From: Amphiscolops sp. MND2022
Taxonomy: Eukaryota
NCBI GenBank assembly: GCA_964187785.1
Contig: OZ076409.1
Coordinates: 45,696,001 to 45,760,000 of the forward strand
Length of the DNA: 64,000 nt
Direction of reading: 5' to 3'
This document shows positions 50,706 through 63,200 of the stretch, in pieces (position 1 is the first letter of the stretch; each line of letters starts with the position of its first letter). The notes below the pieces were generated by a model. The model saw only the letters and a list, made by a program, of their open reading frames with translations. It ran no database searches and was not told the origin of the DNA. The position numbers and the translations under genes are program-made.

Positions 50706-51369
50706 AAACGAGCCAAGTCGCCGCCCCGCTCAAGTTTCGAAAAACCCAAGTTTCTTAAATATGCAAAGGTCACTATTGTTGAAATTTTATCAATTTCTCA
50801 ATGCCGAAAAATACCCTAAGGGATACGTATAAGACTCTCAGAAACCATTTTCTCAAACTGGAAACACAAAAACTTTTTGAAAAAAATCTGATTTTTTTAT
50901 TTTGGATAGTCTCATAGTCCCGAAAAGATTTTTTCAGAGTCACCCAGTGTCAAAAAATACCTCATGTTATTTCCACAATTATTGAGAAAACTCTCATGCG
51001 TTTCACAGTACCAAAAAATTCCTCTCAGCAAACCTCAAAAACAAAAATTTGGGAAAACGTTTTCTCACAAAATATTTTAACTAACTCTTCAATGAGTCGC
51101 ATAGTGCCGAAAAATTCTAAAGGAGGGACCTTTTTGTGTCCTCCCTACATTTGCAAACAAACAAACTTTTGGTTTAGTGGGAAACTCGAACCCACGTACT
51201 CCTGTTTCTCAGACATTGCGTTAACCACTAGGCCAAGTGGCAATGAGAAGTTTGCCAAATCGAATAACTCGTAGAACTGTTTTGACTGGTTCAAGTGTAT
51301 AGAAAAAAAAACTGAAGAAAAGCTATGACTATAGTCGACTCTTTTCTAAAGAAAAGCTCCGACTAAAAA
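50706..51369 (-). mobile_element. Family B-related element with tRNA-derived cassette
   Basis: AGTCGACTCTTTTC...GAAAAGCTCCGACTAAAAA terminus; shared internal subrepeats. Confidence 0.65.
51170..51241 (-). pseudogene. tRNA-derived sequence with A and B boxes
   Basis: TGGCCTAGTGG A box, CTGAGAA loop, GGTTCGAGTTT B box; ~72 nt. Confidence 0.65.
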
Positions 51370-51788
51370 TAGGCGTGGCACGGTAATATTTCTGCTTTAT
51401 TTAGGATACAACAATCATTAGCTTCAAAGTGCTATAATAAAATCATACAATGTATTGTAATTCCTAAACCTCATTTACATTCAAAAGTTTGCTCTCTAAA
51501 GTAAGTAACCATTTCATCAATTAGCGAATATTTTCCGTTGCCACATTTCCGAACTCTACGTTTGGTTCATTTTTGACGAAAAAAAATTGTTTTCCAATTG
51601 AGCATTCAAACTAGAAACTCGTACAAAAACTTGTACTGAACAAATAAGATTTGTCACATAAATCATTCAGCATGCCCAGAAGTGTCAACCTTTTGCCTCT
51701 ACACCAGCGTGGTATAATTTTGAAGGAAACTGTTTCCGAATATTTTTTGTGAGTTAGAAAAACGTACGAAACAGAACGTTTGCATTGG

Positions 51789-52914
51789 AAACAAGACAGG
51801 AACGTCTCAAGTCGGCGCTATATCTAAGGCTCAAAAAGCGCAAAACATTTTATTTGGAAAAAAAATTTCTTTCGGAAAATGTCGCACAGTGCCGAAAAAT
51901 GTAAAAGGGGGACCCTTTTTGATTTATAAACACGCATTCTGTAGCAAAATAACAAAAAACTCAAAGGGGGACCCTTTGGAGACATTAAAAAAATTTCGAA
52001 AAAAAAGTCACACAGTGCGGAAAAAAATCTAAAGGGAGGACCCCTCAGTCCCGTCCGGGCTTGTAGGTAACGTTTAAAAAGTAAAAAACCAAAGGGGGAT
52101 CCTTTGGAATAATTTACATGCGTTTCCCTGGTATTTAGTTTCCTTTAGTTGAACGTTAACGTTCGTCGCTTCGAGTCTGTCTTAAATAAAAACAAGCCGG
52201 GACCGGCCCAAGTCGGCGCCATATCCAAGGCTCAAAAATAGCAAAAAGACTTCCAAGTGTCAAGTATTCGTTTACAGTAGTCGAAACTCGAAAATTTTTC
52301 GAAAATTTTTTTTTTGAAAAAATTACATACTAAAAAAATGGACCGAGTGGCGCGCCGGGGCTCGCTACCGCGAGCCCCTGGCGCGCTAACGTCTCACAAT
52401 GCCGAAAAACTGAAAAGGGGGACCCTTTGAGGTTTTTCAACATCCATTCTGTCGCAAAACATGAAAAAATTGAAGAAAAAATTTTTTTTATTTTCGGGAG
52501 AAAATCTCACAATGCCGAAAAAAACTGAAAGGAGGAACCCTTTGGGATTTTCCAACATCCATTCTGTCGCAAAACATCAAAAAAAATGCAGGGGGGACCC
52601 TTTGCGGAAAAAAAATTTCGAAAAAAAAATCCGAAAAAAATGTCTCGCAGTGCCGAAAAAAAATGAAAGGTATGATATGTTACGCGGAAAAACAGGTAAA
52701 TTCATTTTGGTCCAGTTCGCTAGGCCAAATGGTGCTATTTGACACCATAATATTTTGTAGAACTTTTAAGAACTATTTTGGTCAGTTCGTGTGGATTGAA
52801 AAAAAAAAAAGAAAAGTCACTATAATAGTCGCGTTTCACTTCATGAAGCGCCGACTAAAAAACGAGTGACTGTAATAGGCGGGCTCTTTTCTTAGGAAAA
52901 GCGCCGACTAAAAA
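51789..52914 (-). mobile_element. Family B element with a second family B copy (52188-52861) nested inside
   Basis: Two 3' ends (51789, 52188) and two 5' ends (52861, 52914) in nested order. Confidence 0.75.
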
Positions 52915-53207
52915 CCAAGTAACCATAATTCTTACTAAGTCTTTATATAGTTAAAGAACCGCTGTTTAAAATAACTTCATATCCCACGTGCAACAAATAT
53001 GTGATTCAAAATACTAAAAGCAGTTTCCAAAATCTATTCGTGATTTCCAAATTGTCATTCGATTTGAAATCAACAAATTTCATTAAAAACCGCGATGCTT
53101 CAAACCAATAAAATGCTATTACAATATCAAAAACTGATCGCGATAAAGATTTCTTTCTCCAGTCAAACAAAAACAATCAAAAATAGTTATCATATTATTG
53201 CAAAGAA

Positions 53208-53777
53208 TCAATCAGCTTTATCATGTAATAATAGTTTACTGTTGTTTCTCACAATTTCATCGTCCGACTGACTAGCTTCTATAATTTCGACATTTTGTAA
53301 AACTGTTATCGGAAACTTATTCAAATGGTCGCCAGTTGCACCTCTGAAAGAAACGGTGTTGGCGGATATCTCATCAGCTGGAGATACAGTCGAGGAGGAA
53401 GGATCCTTTGTCTCAGAATTTGCAGCAGCGTTCAAAATAAGACAGGCGTCTTTCTCAGTTTGGATGTGGTATGCAGACAAATCGACAGTACTATTTTCTG
53501 TGAACAAAGGAGCTTGCCCAGCTTCTGATTGGTTGAGTTTCTCCAACGATGCACTTATGATAGGTTTCTCGGGAACAGTGGAAGGAGGCACTGCATTGGA
53601 TATGTCCATAGATAGAGAAGTTCTTGAGATTCTGAAATACTGTTCTGATTTCGACATTGACTGATCTTGTAGAGAGAGTTTAGGTTGGCCTGATTTGTCA
53701 GCCGTAGTCGGACTGTGGTTGGATGAATTAGCTGATTTTGATAGATTCGACTGAACGTCGCAATGCTCTTTGACAAT
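53208..53777 (-). CDS. TAPT1: TAPT1 last exon (Ser-rich tail)
   Basis: gtttAG acceptor, phase 0; IVKEH follows QSCK (cf. KSCQYVKE); open to the stop at 53208. Confidence 0.75.
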   Translation of the reverse strand: MVKEHCDVQSNLSKSANSSNHSPTTADKSGQPKLSLQDQSMSKSEQYFRISRTSLSMDISNAVPPSTVPEKPIISASLEKLNQSEAGQAPLFTENSTVDLSAYHIQTEKDACLILNAAANSETKDPSSSTVSPADEISANTVSFRGATGDHLNKFPITVLQNVEIIEASQSDDEIVRNNSKLLLHDKAD

Positions 53778-54755
53778 CTAAACACGAACTATATTCTTGT
53801 GAATCAGCCAAGGAGACAAGTAAAATGAAAATCAAGAGCGTCTCCGATAAAGGGACTACTATGCATTCACAGAATAAGGATTCGATTTCAGGGCTGTCAA
53901 AAACACGGCGTGAATTGCCGCGCAAAATAGCGCATGTTTCAATGTTTTTTTAGCGTGTAAACCAGGGAGCTTGATGCATTTTTCAAAATTAAGTCGCTCC
54001 TATTTGTCATATAATTCTAATATTATTGCCATAAGAAGGGCGCTTTACAAAAAGGCTCTAAAAGGAGAAGGTAGCATTGATGTTTCAGGAGGATCGAAAA
54101 AAACATCAATTCTTTCACACCATATTCCAAATACAAAAATTCGTGATTAAGTCTTAAAGTGAAACATCGCTAATGGTTTTAGTGGGTAATTTAACGAGTA
54201 AAAAGCATTTAATTTACTGCGAAAAACGGTACATTCTTCGGTGGATTTTCCACAGCCGACTTCGATAAACGCAACAGAAGTCTTAAATTTTCCTCAAGTA
54301 CATCTTCAGTGAGTTAAACTCAAAAGCCGCAATTACCTTTTACAATCATTGATTTGAAACTACATGTAACGCCAAATACGAAATACTCTTTCGTATAACT
54401 TAGAATAACTTACAGTAGTTGGCTTCGGTGTCCGGACATCACGTCCAAGCACATTGCGCCCAAAAGAAGACCGAGTCATACAACATTTTTCAAAAATTGG
54501 GCGTCATGTCCTAGAACTGTTGACTGCATTAAAGAAAAATTAAGTAATGTATTAAATGGAACCAAGGATAAGTTGCCAGAAACCGTTCCGTTTCGATGAA
54601 CGGAGAGCGATATCATGGAAGGTCGCGTCGGGGGAGAATGAACAAAGTCCAGCACGAGGGGTAGATTTTCAACAAATGAATATGGGTTCAACTTTATCGC
54701 GAGTGTTCAATGGATACGGCATCCTAAATCTATTGGTGACGCACTGGACACTAAC

Positions 54756-55006
54756 CTTACAAGATTGCTTCAAGATGTACATGCTAGTCAGTGTTTTGAT
54801 GATGAAGCTCACTGGAATGATGACCGTCAAACTGGCGAAAGATGACCAAAAGTTGGAGAACAGCGTCTGATCGAAAGTTTTGAAGAGAACACAGATCAAT
54901 GGAATCGGGTTCTGACCCATCTTGCGTGCAACTACGTCACAGTGCTCTGATACCGCCTCTTTCCGTTTACTCATTACCATGTCAATGGCTAAACTCAGTC
55001 GATACT
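54756..55006 (-). CDS. TAPT1: TAPT1 penultimate exon
   Basis: EYRLSLAIDMV...DVVARKMGQNPIPL resembles YRASLAFDLV...DSVARRMGFIPLPL. Confidence 0.92.
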
Positions 55007-55383
55007 CTACAATAAACAAACCAGTGCATTAACTTTGCTTGAGTTTGAGGAACGGCAAAAAACCGAGTGAGAGAAATTTGCAAAAGACATTTATGCATTA
55101 ATTATAACTCTGGACTATTTGACAAGACAATGATACCAAAACGCGAAAATCGGTGTCACTCAACTGATTTTAAACATAACTACCTTTCAAAAATCTTGAC
55201 TGACCGCCAGAAACGTTTGAAAAAAAAGCACAAGAAAAACGGTTGTAAAGTTTTGACTTTGATGTTGAAAAAAAAAACAAAAAAACTGGTCGATATCTAA
55301 TTAATACTCATTAAAAAAATTCGGTCGTAAATATTTCAGTCAACAAGCGTCTCAAAAACGTTGAGCACAACCGAGCAGACCTC

Positions 55384-56004
55384 TTTTTAGTCGGCGCTTT
55401 TCGAAGAAAAACGCAGACTATAGTAGTGACTTCTTTTTTTTAAGACCAACGAACTGACAGATTTTATAAAGAGTTATAAATAGCGGAGCTGACTTCACTG
55501 CACTAACAGTAACTGCAACGCTAGCCATCACTGCTGGCACTTGGCATAGAGGTTAATTAAGCTTTTTGACTCGTCTATGGGGACCGTGCGAAGCGAAACT
55601 ATGTTGGTCTGCAACCAATTAAGCTTTTTGAGGTCTGCCAAGCAGAAGGACGTGGGTTCGAGTCCCGTCCTTGATCAAATTTTTTATGCAGGTTTTTTTC
55701 GGCTTTGTGAGACTTTTTTCGCAAATTTTTTTAATGTCTCCAAAGGGTCCACACTTCATTTTTTTTCTATTTTGCATAAGAATGGATGTTCAAAACCTCC
55801 CAAAGGGCCCCTTTTACAATTTTTCGGCACTATGCGACTTACCGAAGACCAAAAAATTTCGAAAAAAAAATTTAAAAAAAATTCGGATTTTTTTAAATTT
55901 TTCCTCACGCGGGTACTGTAAAAGAGAATACTTGACACTTTGAAGTCCTTTTGCTATTTTTGAGCCTTAGATATGGCGCCGACTTGGGCCGTTCCCGGCT
56001 TGTT
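55384..56004 (+). mobile_element. Family B element with tRNA-derived cassette (A box 55542-55552, B box 55655-55665)
   Basis: TTTTTAGTCGGCGC start; GCGCCGACTT-GGGCCG-TTCC-CGGCTT end; TGGCATAGAGG and GGTTCGAGTCC. Confidence 0.8.
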
Positions 56005-56550
56005 GTTGGAAGTAGCGGCAAATCCACTCTAGAACAATGGAAAACTGGTGTTTTCTGACCTCTCCGATATTCAATTCCGAAATATTGAACGATGCTTAGA
56101 TCCGATCCCCCACCCTTCTTGCCGGCAAGGCACAGAAAACTGAAAAACGCTAAATCTGAATGATTGATGTCGCATTTTAAGTCATATCAAAAAACTCTGC
56201 CCGGTTCAATTTGAATTTATACGAGCTAAATTTCAAGCCCAACATTTGACTGGCAAGATTTTTTAAAAATGCTCTACAAACGAAAATTTAACGTTATATC
56301 CGAAGTAATTATATATACATTAATATCAGAAAACGCAATTAGAAAAGACCAATTTGGAAACATTTGAAAATTTCGGTCCCACGCGGGATTCGATCCCACG
56401 TCTACATAAGAATAGCTTGAACTAAAAACAAAGTCAAACTAGAAAACAACGCCGCTCTGTAAAGCTTTGCTCTCAGGCGCTAATTTTTTGACTGGGTGAG
56501 CACTTGGCTATCGCAAGCTTGATGAGGTAGAGAACGGATGAAATATTAAC

Positions 56551-56876
56551 CAGAATATACATCAGCAGGTATCTCGTTGAACTTGGCAATGAAACAATGC
56601 TTGACCCAGTCCACAATAACTTCGGCCACGAGAACAAGCAACAATTCAGGCAACAGCTGACCAAAGTACACGACATCCCAGTTCAGTTCACGCAAGTTTC
56701 TCACAGATACCACCAGAAGCAGAACTAGCAAATGAAGCCTTTCTCTGACGTCAGCACATGTCAGTTGATATAAATTGTTTTTGTCAAACTTCTTGAACAC
56801 AGTTCCTTTCAATTCGGCAAAATTGTTGGACATCATGATGATCAAAAGTGACTTATTGTGGGAATTAAACGCCACA
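56551..56876 (-). CDS. TAPT1: TAPT1 (transmembrane anterior posterior transformation 1, DUF747/Emp65 family) internal exon; upstream exons lie outside the window
   Basis: VAFNSHNKSLLIIMMSNNFAELKGTVFKKFDKNNLYQLTCADVRER...EVIVDWVKHCFIAKFNEI, the family's conserved core. Confidence 0.96.
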
Positions 56877-57009
56877 CTGAAACAAAATTTAGTATTTGTC
56901 ATGTGAGATACAGTTTCAGTGAAACATGATCTGAGCTGCGTTGAAATAATAAATTCAATCATATATTCAAAAACAATACATTTTTGGAAATGATATTGCA
57001 TATCGCTGG

Positions 57010-57251
57010 TAAGTTTGACATCAATGAACGTACGTCAAATCTTAATCAAAAACTACCACTTGAACTCATTCTGAATTTGAAAATTAGCTCTAAACTGACG
57101 AACTATTTATTCAATGATTTACCACTTTGAGAAAACTTGATGAAATTGAACTATATTGAATAAAGATTACATTGAATAGAAAAAACCGCTCTAAACGACC
57201 CAAGAGCAAGTGAAAGATAATCTAAAGGCAAAGACGCTTAAAGATTTTATA
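57010..57251 (+). repeat. 5' LTR of the second BEL/Pao element
   Basis: Homologous to 18731-19080 with an internal deletion; immediately followed by a PBS. Confidence 0.8.
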
Positions 57252-57260
57252 TGGCGCCCA
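57252..57260 (+). promoter_or_regulatory. Primer-binding site TGGCGCCCA (tRNA-Lys type)
   Basis: Directly follows the LTR; matches the start of the tRNA-Lys PBS TGGCGCCCAAC. Confidence 0.7.
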
Positions 57261-60200
57261 CTAAAGAATCGACTCGCTTTTAAATGGGATCAACCGAGCC
57301 AACTATGAACAACGGCTAACTCAATTTGCAATCGCATAAAGTATTAGGAATCGTTTTGCTTCTTTGGGGGTTAAGATTAGAATATCAAATCAGTATCTAC
57401 TAGTTTCAAATTAAGATAATCTACCCAACGATTATTCTCAGGGTTTGATTCTTATACTGCCTTTTGATAATCCGACACCTTCAACCTTCCAATAGCCGAC
57501 AAATTGCTGCCGAAAGTTTCAAATTGGAGTAATCTCTAGCTAGATTCATCTCAGGATTTGTCTATTCCTTCAATTGGCCATTTACTCTTCCAAATTGAGC
57601 ATCAACTTCCAGCTCTCGTTCTAGTAGTTGTCTGCAATCTCCTAATTTGCGATCTACCATACCTTCTAAAGGTAACCAGCAAAAAAACTTCGCTCCCACA
57701 GCGTAATTTCCATATCGCCAAAGCTACTCGTCTCTTCAGCAGAATATACAAAGCCCTTGATGAAGAAAATGTCGGTTTTGATATCAGCTCCTTGAACGAC
57801 GAACTGAAGAAAATCCTCATAGATGTCGAAAACAAATTTCACCAAAATCCATAATGAATACGATGACCTGACAGACAAATTCTCCAGAATGCAGAAATCG
57901 ACAGCTGCCAACCGGCCGATCCAAACCATGGGAGTCTACAACGTGAACAACTGTCAACAAATTGTCAATAGAACAATCGACGACTCCTCAGATGAACAGC
58001 ACGTACATTGCAGTAATTCTCCCTTTCTCATCATCTTACTCGACCCAAATTGAAAATTGAACCGTACGATGGAGATCCCACGAAATGGAATTTGTGGTAT
58101 GGTCTTTTTGCAACCGCCATACACAACCAACCCATTTCTTTAGCAGAGAAAATGACATCTCCAGACTCTTACCACCGGAATAGCAAATCAGGCTGTTTCA
58201 GGCTTTTCCTGCAAGAGCCAAATGTACGACGCAGCACTTGCAGAGCTACAACGCCGGTTCGGAAGACCTGAAATATTTGTGAATGAATTTCTTCACCTCC
58301 TCCAGAATTTTCGTCAACCATCGATACAGCAACGTCACACTTTCACGGAGTTTTCAACTTTCATCAACAATCTCGTGGAAACTTTCCAGTCGCTAGGTTT
58401 CACCAATGACCTGAATTCGACACTTTACGTACAATTTGCCGTTAACAAGCTTCGGCCTACTTAGAGATTACAGTGGACAACAGTACGCTGTGAGTAACAA
58501 TATAGAACAACCAAGCCTCATCCATTTCAACATTTGGATCAGACAATTCGCACTTGCTTGTGATAACATGCCTTTCAATCTCGACGATCACCAGACTTCC
58601 AGCTCAATTTCGAAGAACCAGCTGTCAAGAGTAACACCAGTCAAACAACATCGACCTCTCTGCCCATTCGACAATTTGGATCATCACCCAGCGCATTGCT
58701 CCACCTACAAGAAGGCAAGCCTTGAACAGAGACGCCGAATGGTTTTAGACAAAAAACTTTGTCTCAATTATTTAGGACAACATTTGAAGACTGATTGTAA
58801 ATCACAACACCCTTGCCGTCCGTGCAGCCGCAAGCATCAGTCATCTTTACACGACGACAACTAGAATAAACCTCGACAAACACCTGAACAAACGAAGGAC
58901 AACATAAATTCCAGACTGACAACAAAAACATTCGCTAGTAAGACGATCCCCAATCAAAGTACTCAAGTTGCAGATAGCTCCTCAACCGACAAAACAACCA
59001 GCCGCAAAAGCAAGCATCGATGCCCTGTTGATGGTAGTACCTGTAACATTGGAAAGTGACAATACCTTCGTTTACACATACGCTTTCCTTGACACCGGCA
59101 GTACATGTAGCAATCTAGTCTCCAAAATTGCAAACAGTTTGAATTGCACTGTCAACGAACCACCCGTGAAACTCGAGATTGGAGGTTTTTAGAACCGAAA
59201 ACCTTGACAACAAAAAGAGTGTCTCTTGGATTTCATCCTTTCGGTAACATCGCCGAATCCTTCAGCCTCAGTCAAATTTTTGTCTTACCATCCTTCAACC
59301 TCGCCGATGTCGATACCCATTCTCTCAACGCCCAGTCACTGGGATTATTATCCGTTAAATCTCAACAGAATTAAGTTCCCTTAGCTACTGCATAACCAGA
59401 TTGGACTTATCTTGGGACAAGATAACTTTGATCTTATAACAGCTCGAACAGTTTTCAAGGGAGATTCAAACGCCGCTCGCGCTGTTCTAACCGACATAGG
59501 TTAGACTATTGGCGGTCCCCATGATAGCCGGTACCAACAATCCACCTTTTACGCCACAACGTTCCAATGTCTTAAACTTTCAACGAGGACCACGACGATG
59601 AAGATTTGTACAAACTTGTCGCGTCGTTTCGGAGAATGGAAAGCTTCGGGATCAATCCCGAAGTTACCATGTCCAAAGATGAAAGACATGCCCCGAAAAC
59701 TCTTCGCGACACCATTCGTTTCGTTGACAACCGATACGAAGTCGGATTGTTTTGGAAGCCGAACGCTGAACTCCCAAACAAAGCTGAAGGATTTGTCTAT
59801 TCCTTCAATTGGCCATTTACTCTTCCAAATTGAGCATCAACTTCCAGCTCTCGTTCTAGTAGTTGTCTGCAATCTCCTAATTTGCGATCTACCATACCTT
59901 CTAAAGGTAACCAGCAAAAAAACTTCGCTCCCACAGCGTAATTTCCATATCGCCAAAGCTACTCGTCTCTTCAGCAGAATATACAAAGCCCTTGATGAAG
60001 AAAATGTCGGTTTTGATATCAGCTCCTTGAACGACGAACTGAAGAAAATCCTCACAGATGTCGAAAACCAATTTCACCAAAATCCATAATGAATACGATG
60101 ACCTGACAGACAAATTCTCCAGAATGCAGAAATCGACAGCTGCCAACCGGCCGATCCAAACCATGGGAGTCTACAACGTGAACAACTGTCAACAAATTGT

Positions 60201-63200
60201 CAATAGAACAATCGACGACTCCTCAGATGAACAGCACGTACATTGCAGTAATTCTCCCTTTCTCATCATCTTACTCGACCCAAATTGAAAATTGAACCGT
60301 ACGATGGAGATCCCACGAAATGGAATTTGTGGTATGGTCTTTTTGCAACCGCCATACACAACCAACCCATTTCTTTAGCAGAGAAAATGACATCTCCAGA
60401 CTCTTACCACCGGAATAGCAAATCAGGCTGTTTCAGGCTTTTCCTGCAAGAGCCAAATGTACGACGCAGCACTTGCAGAGCTACAACGCCGGTTCGGAAG
60501 ACCTGAAATATTTGTGAATGAATTTCTTCACCTCCTCCAGAATTTTCGTCAACCATCGATACAGCAACGTCACACTTTCACGGAGTTTTCAACTTTCATC
60601 AACAATCTCGTGGAAACTTTCCAGTCGCTAGGTTTCACCAATGACCTGAATTCGACACTTTACGTACAATTTGCCGTTAACAAGCTTCGGCCTACTTAGA
60701 GATTACAGTGGACAACAGTACGCTGTGAGTAACAATATAGAACAACCAAGCCTCATCCATTTCAACATTTGGATCAGACAATTCGCACTTGCTTGTGATA
60801 ACATGCCTTTCAATCTCGACGATCACCAGACTTCCACCTCAATTTCGAAGAACCAGCTGTCAAGAGTAACACCAGTCAAACAACATCGACCTCTCTGCCC
60901 ATTCGACAATTTGGATCATCACCCAGCGCATTGCTCCACCTACAAGAAGGCAAGCCTTGAACAGAGACGCCGAATGGTTTTAGACAAAAAACTTTCTCTA
61001 AATTATTTAGGACAACATTTGAAGACTGATTGTAAATCACAACACCCTTGCCGTTCGTGCAGCCGCAAGCATCAGTCATCTTTACACGACGACAACTAGA
61101 ATAAACCTCGACAAACACCTGAACAAACGAAGGACAACATAAATTCCAGACTGACAACAAAAACATTCGCTAGTAAGACGATCCCCAATCAAAGTACTCA
61201 AGTTGCAGATAGCTCCTCAACCGACAAAACAACCAGCCGCAAAAGCAAGCATCGATGCCCTGTTGATGGTAGTACCTGTAACATTGGAAAGTGACAATAC
61301 CTTCGTTTACACATACGCTTTCCTTGACACCGGCAGTACATGTAGCAATCTAGTCTCCAAAATTGCAAACAGTTTGAATTGCACTGTCAACGAACCACCC
61401 GTGAAACTCGAGATTGGAGGTTTTTAGAACCGAAAACCTTGACAACAAAAAGAGTGTCTCTTGGATTTCATCCTTTCGGTAACATCGCCGAATCCTTCAG
61501 CCTCAGTCAAATTTTTGTCTTACCATCCTTCAACCTCGCCGATGTCGATACCCATTCTCTCAACGCCCAGTCACTGGGATTATTATCCGTTAAATCTCAA
61601 CAGAATTAAGTTCCCTTAGCTACTGCATAACCAGATTGGACTTATCTTGGGACAAGATAACTTTGATCTTATAACAGCTCGAACAGTTTTCAAGGGAGAT
61701 TCAAACGCCGCTCGCGCTGTTCTAACCGACATAGGTTAGACTATTGGCGGTCCCCATGATAGCCGGTACCAACAATCCACCTTTTACGCCACAACGTTCC
61801 AATGTCTTAAACTTTCAACGAGGACCACGACGATGAAGATTTGTACAAACTTGTCGCGTCGTTTCGGAGAATGGAAAGCTTCGGGATCAATCCCGAAGTT
61901 ACCATGTCCAAAGATGAAAGACATGCCCCGAAAACTCTTCGCGACACCATTCGTTTCGTTGACAACCGATACGAAGTCGGATTGTTTTGGAAGCCGAACG
62001 CTGAACTCCCAAACAATTTCGCTGCCGCCCTTCAACAATACAAAAGATCGGAACAACGACTCATGCACAATCCTGTCACACATGATCTACATTCCGCCAC
62101 CATCGAGAAAGATCTTCGCTGTGGATATATCCGCCGAACTCCCCACAATGAAGTTCCATCAACTGGATGGCTGCTACCAGAACACGGAGTCCTTCACCCA
62201 AACAAACCCGGGAAACTCCGACGAGTTTCTAACGCCCGAGCTAAATACAAAGTAGTTTGTCTCAACGACATGCTTTTAACTGGACCCGACTTACTCGCCA
62301 ACCTCCTTGGAATCATTCTGCGATTTCGCGAAAAAATACCCATTTTCCGCTGACATTGAAGCAATGTACATGCAGGTATCGGTGCGCCCCGCAGACAGGA
62401 AATTCCTACGATTTCTCTGGGGCGAAACTGATTTTTTTTCGAATAACTTCATTTCGTCTTTGGAGCAAAATGCTCTCCAACTTGCGCTATTTTTGCTCTT
62501 CAAACCTGTGCCGACGATCATTTTGACAAATATCCGCACGTTAAACGCATCGTTCGAGACAATTTTCACATGGATGATCTTTTCTTTTCTACCGACACGA
62601 TTCAAGAAGCTATCAGTATCATCCACTCGCCCTTTCACGAGGAGGTTTTAATCTGACAAAAAGGATTAGCAACTCGCCCGAAATTTTGAACGACGTCCCG
62701 CCCGAACATCGCGCTTTGTCCCCCGATGAAATCCGTCGCGCGCCAAAACCCCAAAAAGTCCTCGGAGTGGATTGCAAACTCTCCACAGACGAACTGGAAT
62801 TTTCGCCTACCAAGCTAATTAGCCAGTTTCAAGCCAAACCCACACAACGATCCCTTCTCCGCGCAACTTCCTCCGTGTTTGACCCTTTAGGAATCGCCGC
62901 ACCCGTTACAATCCGTTTTCGCATAATCCAACAAACGATCTGGCGTAAAGGTTTAAAATGGGACGACGAAATAACCCCCGCCGTTTCGCCCGAATTTTTC
63001 GACACAATCGCTGAATTGCAAGAACTGTCTGCCGTCGCTATACCGAGACGATTGTTTCCCGACGAATATCACGATATCACGCTCCATGTGTTCACTGACG
63101 CGTCCTATTCCGCCACTCGCCGCTATCGCATACTTCGTTTATCGCCAATCGCCAACATCGCCGCGCTAAGTTTGTTTCGTACTAGGCAAAGCCCGAGTTG

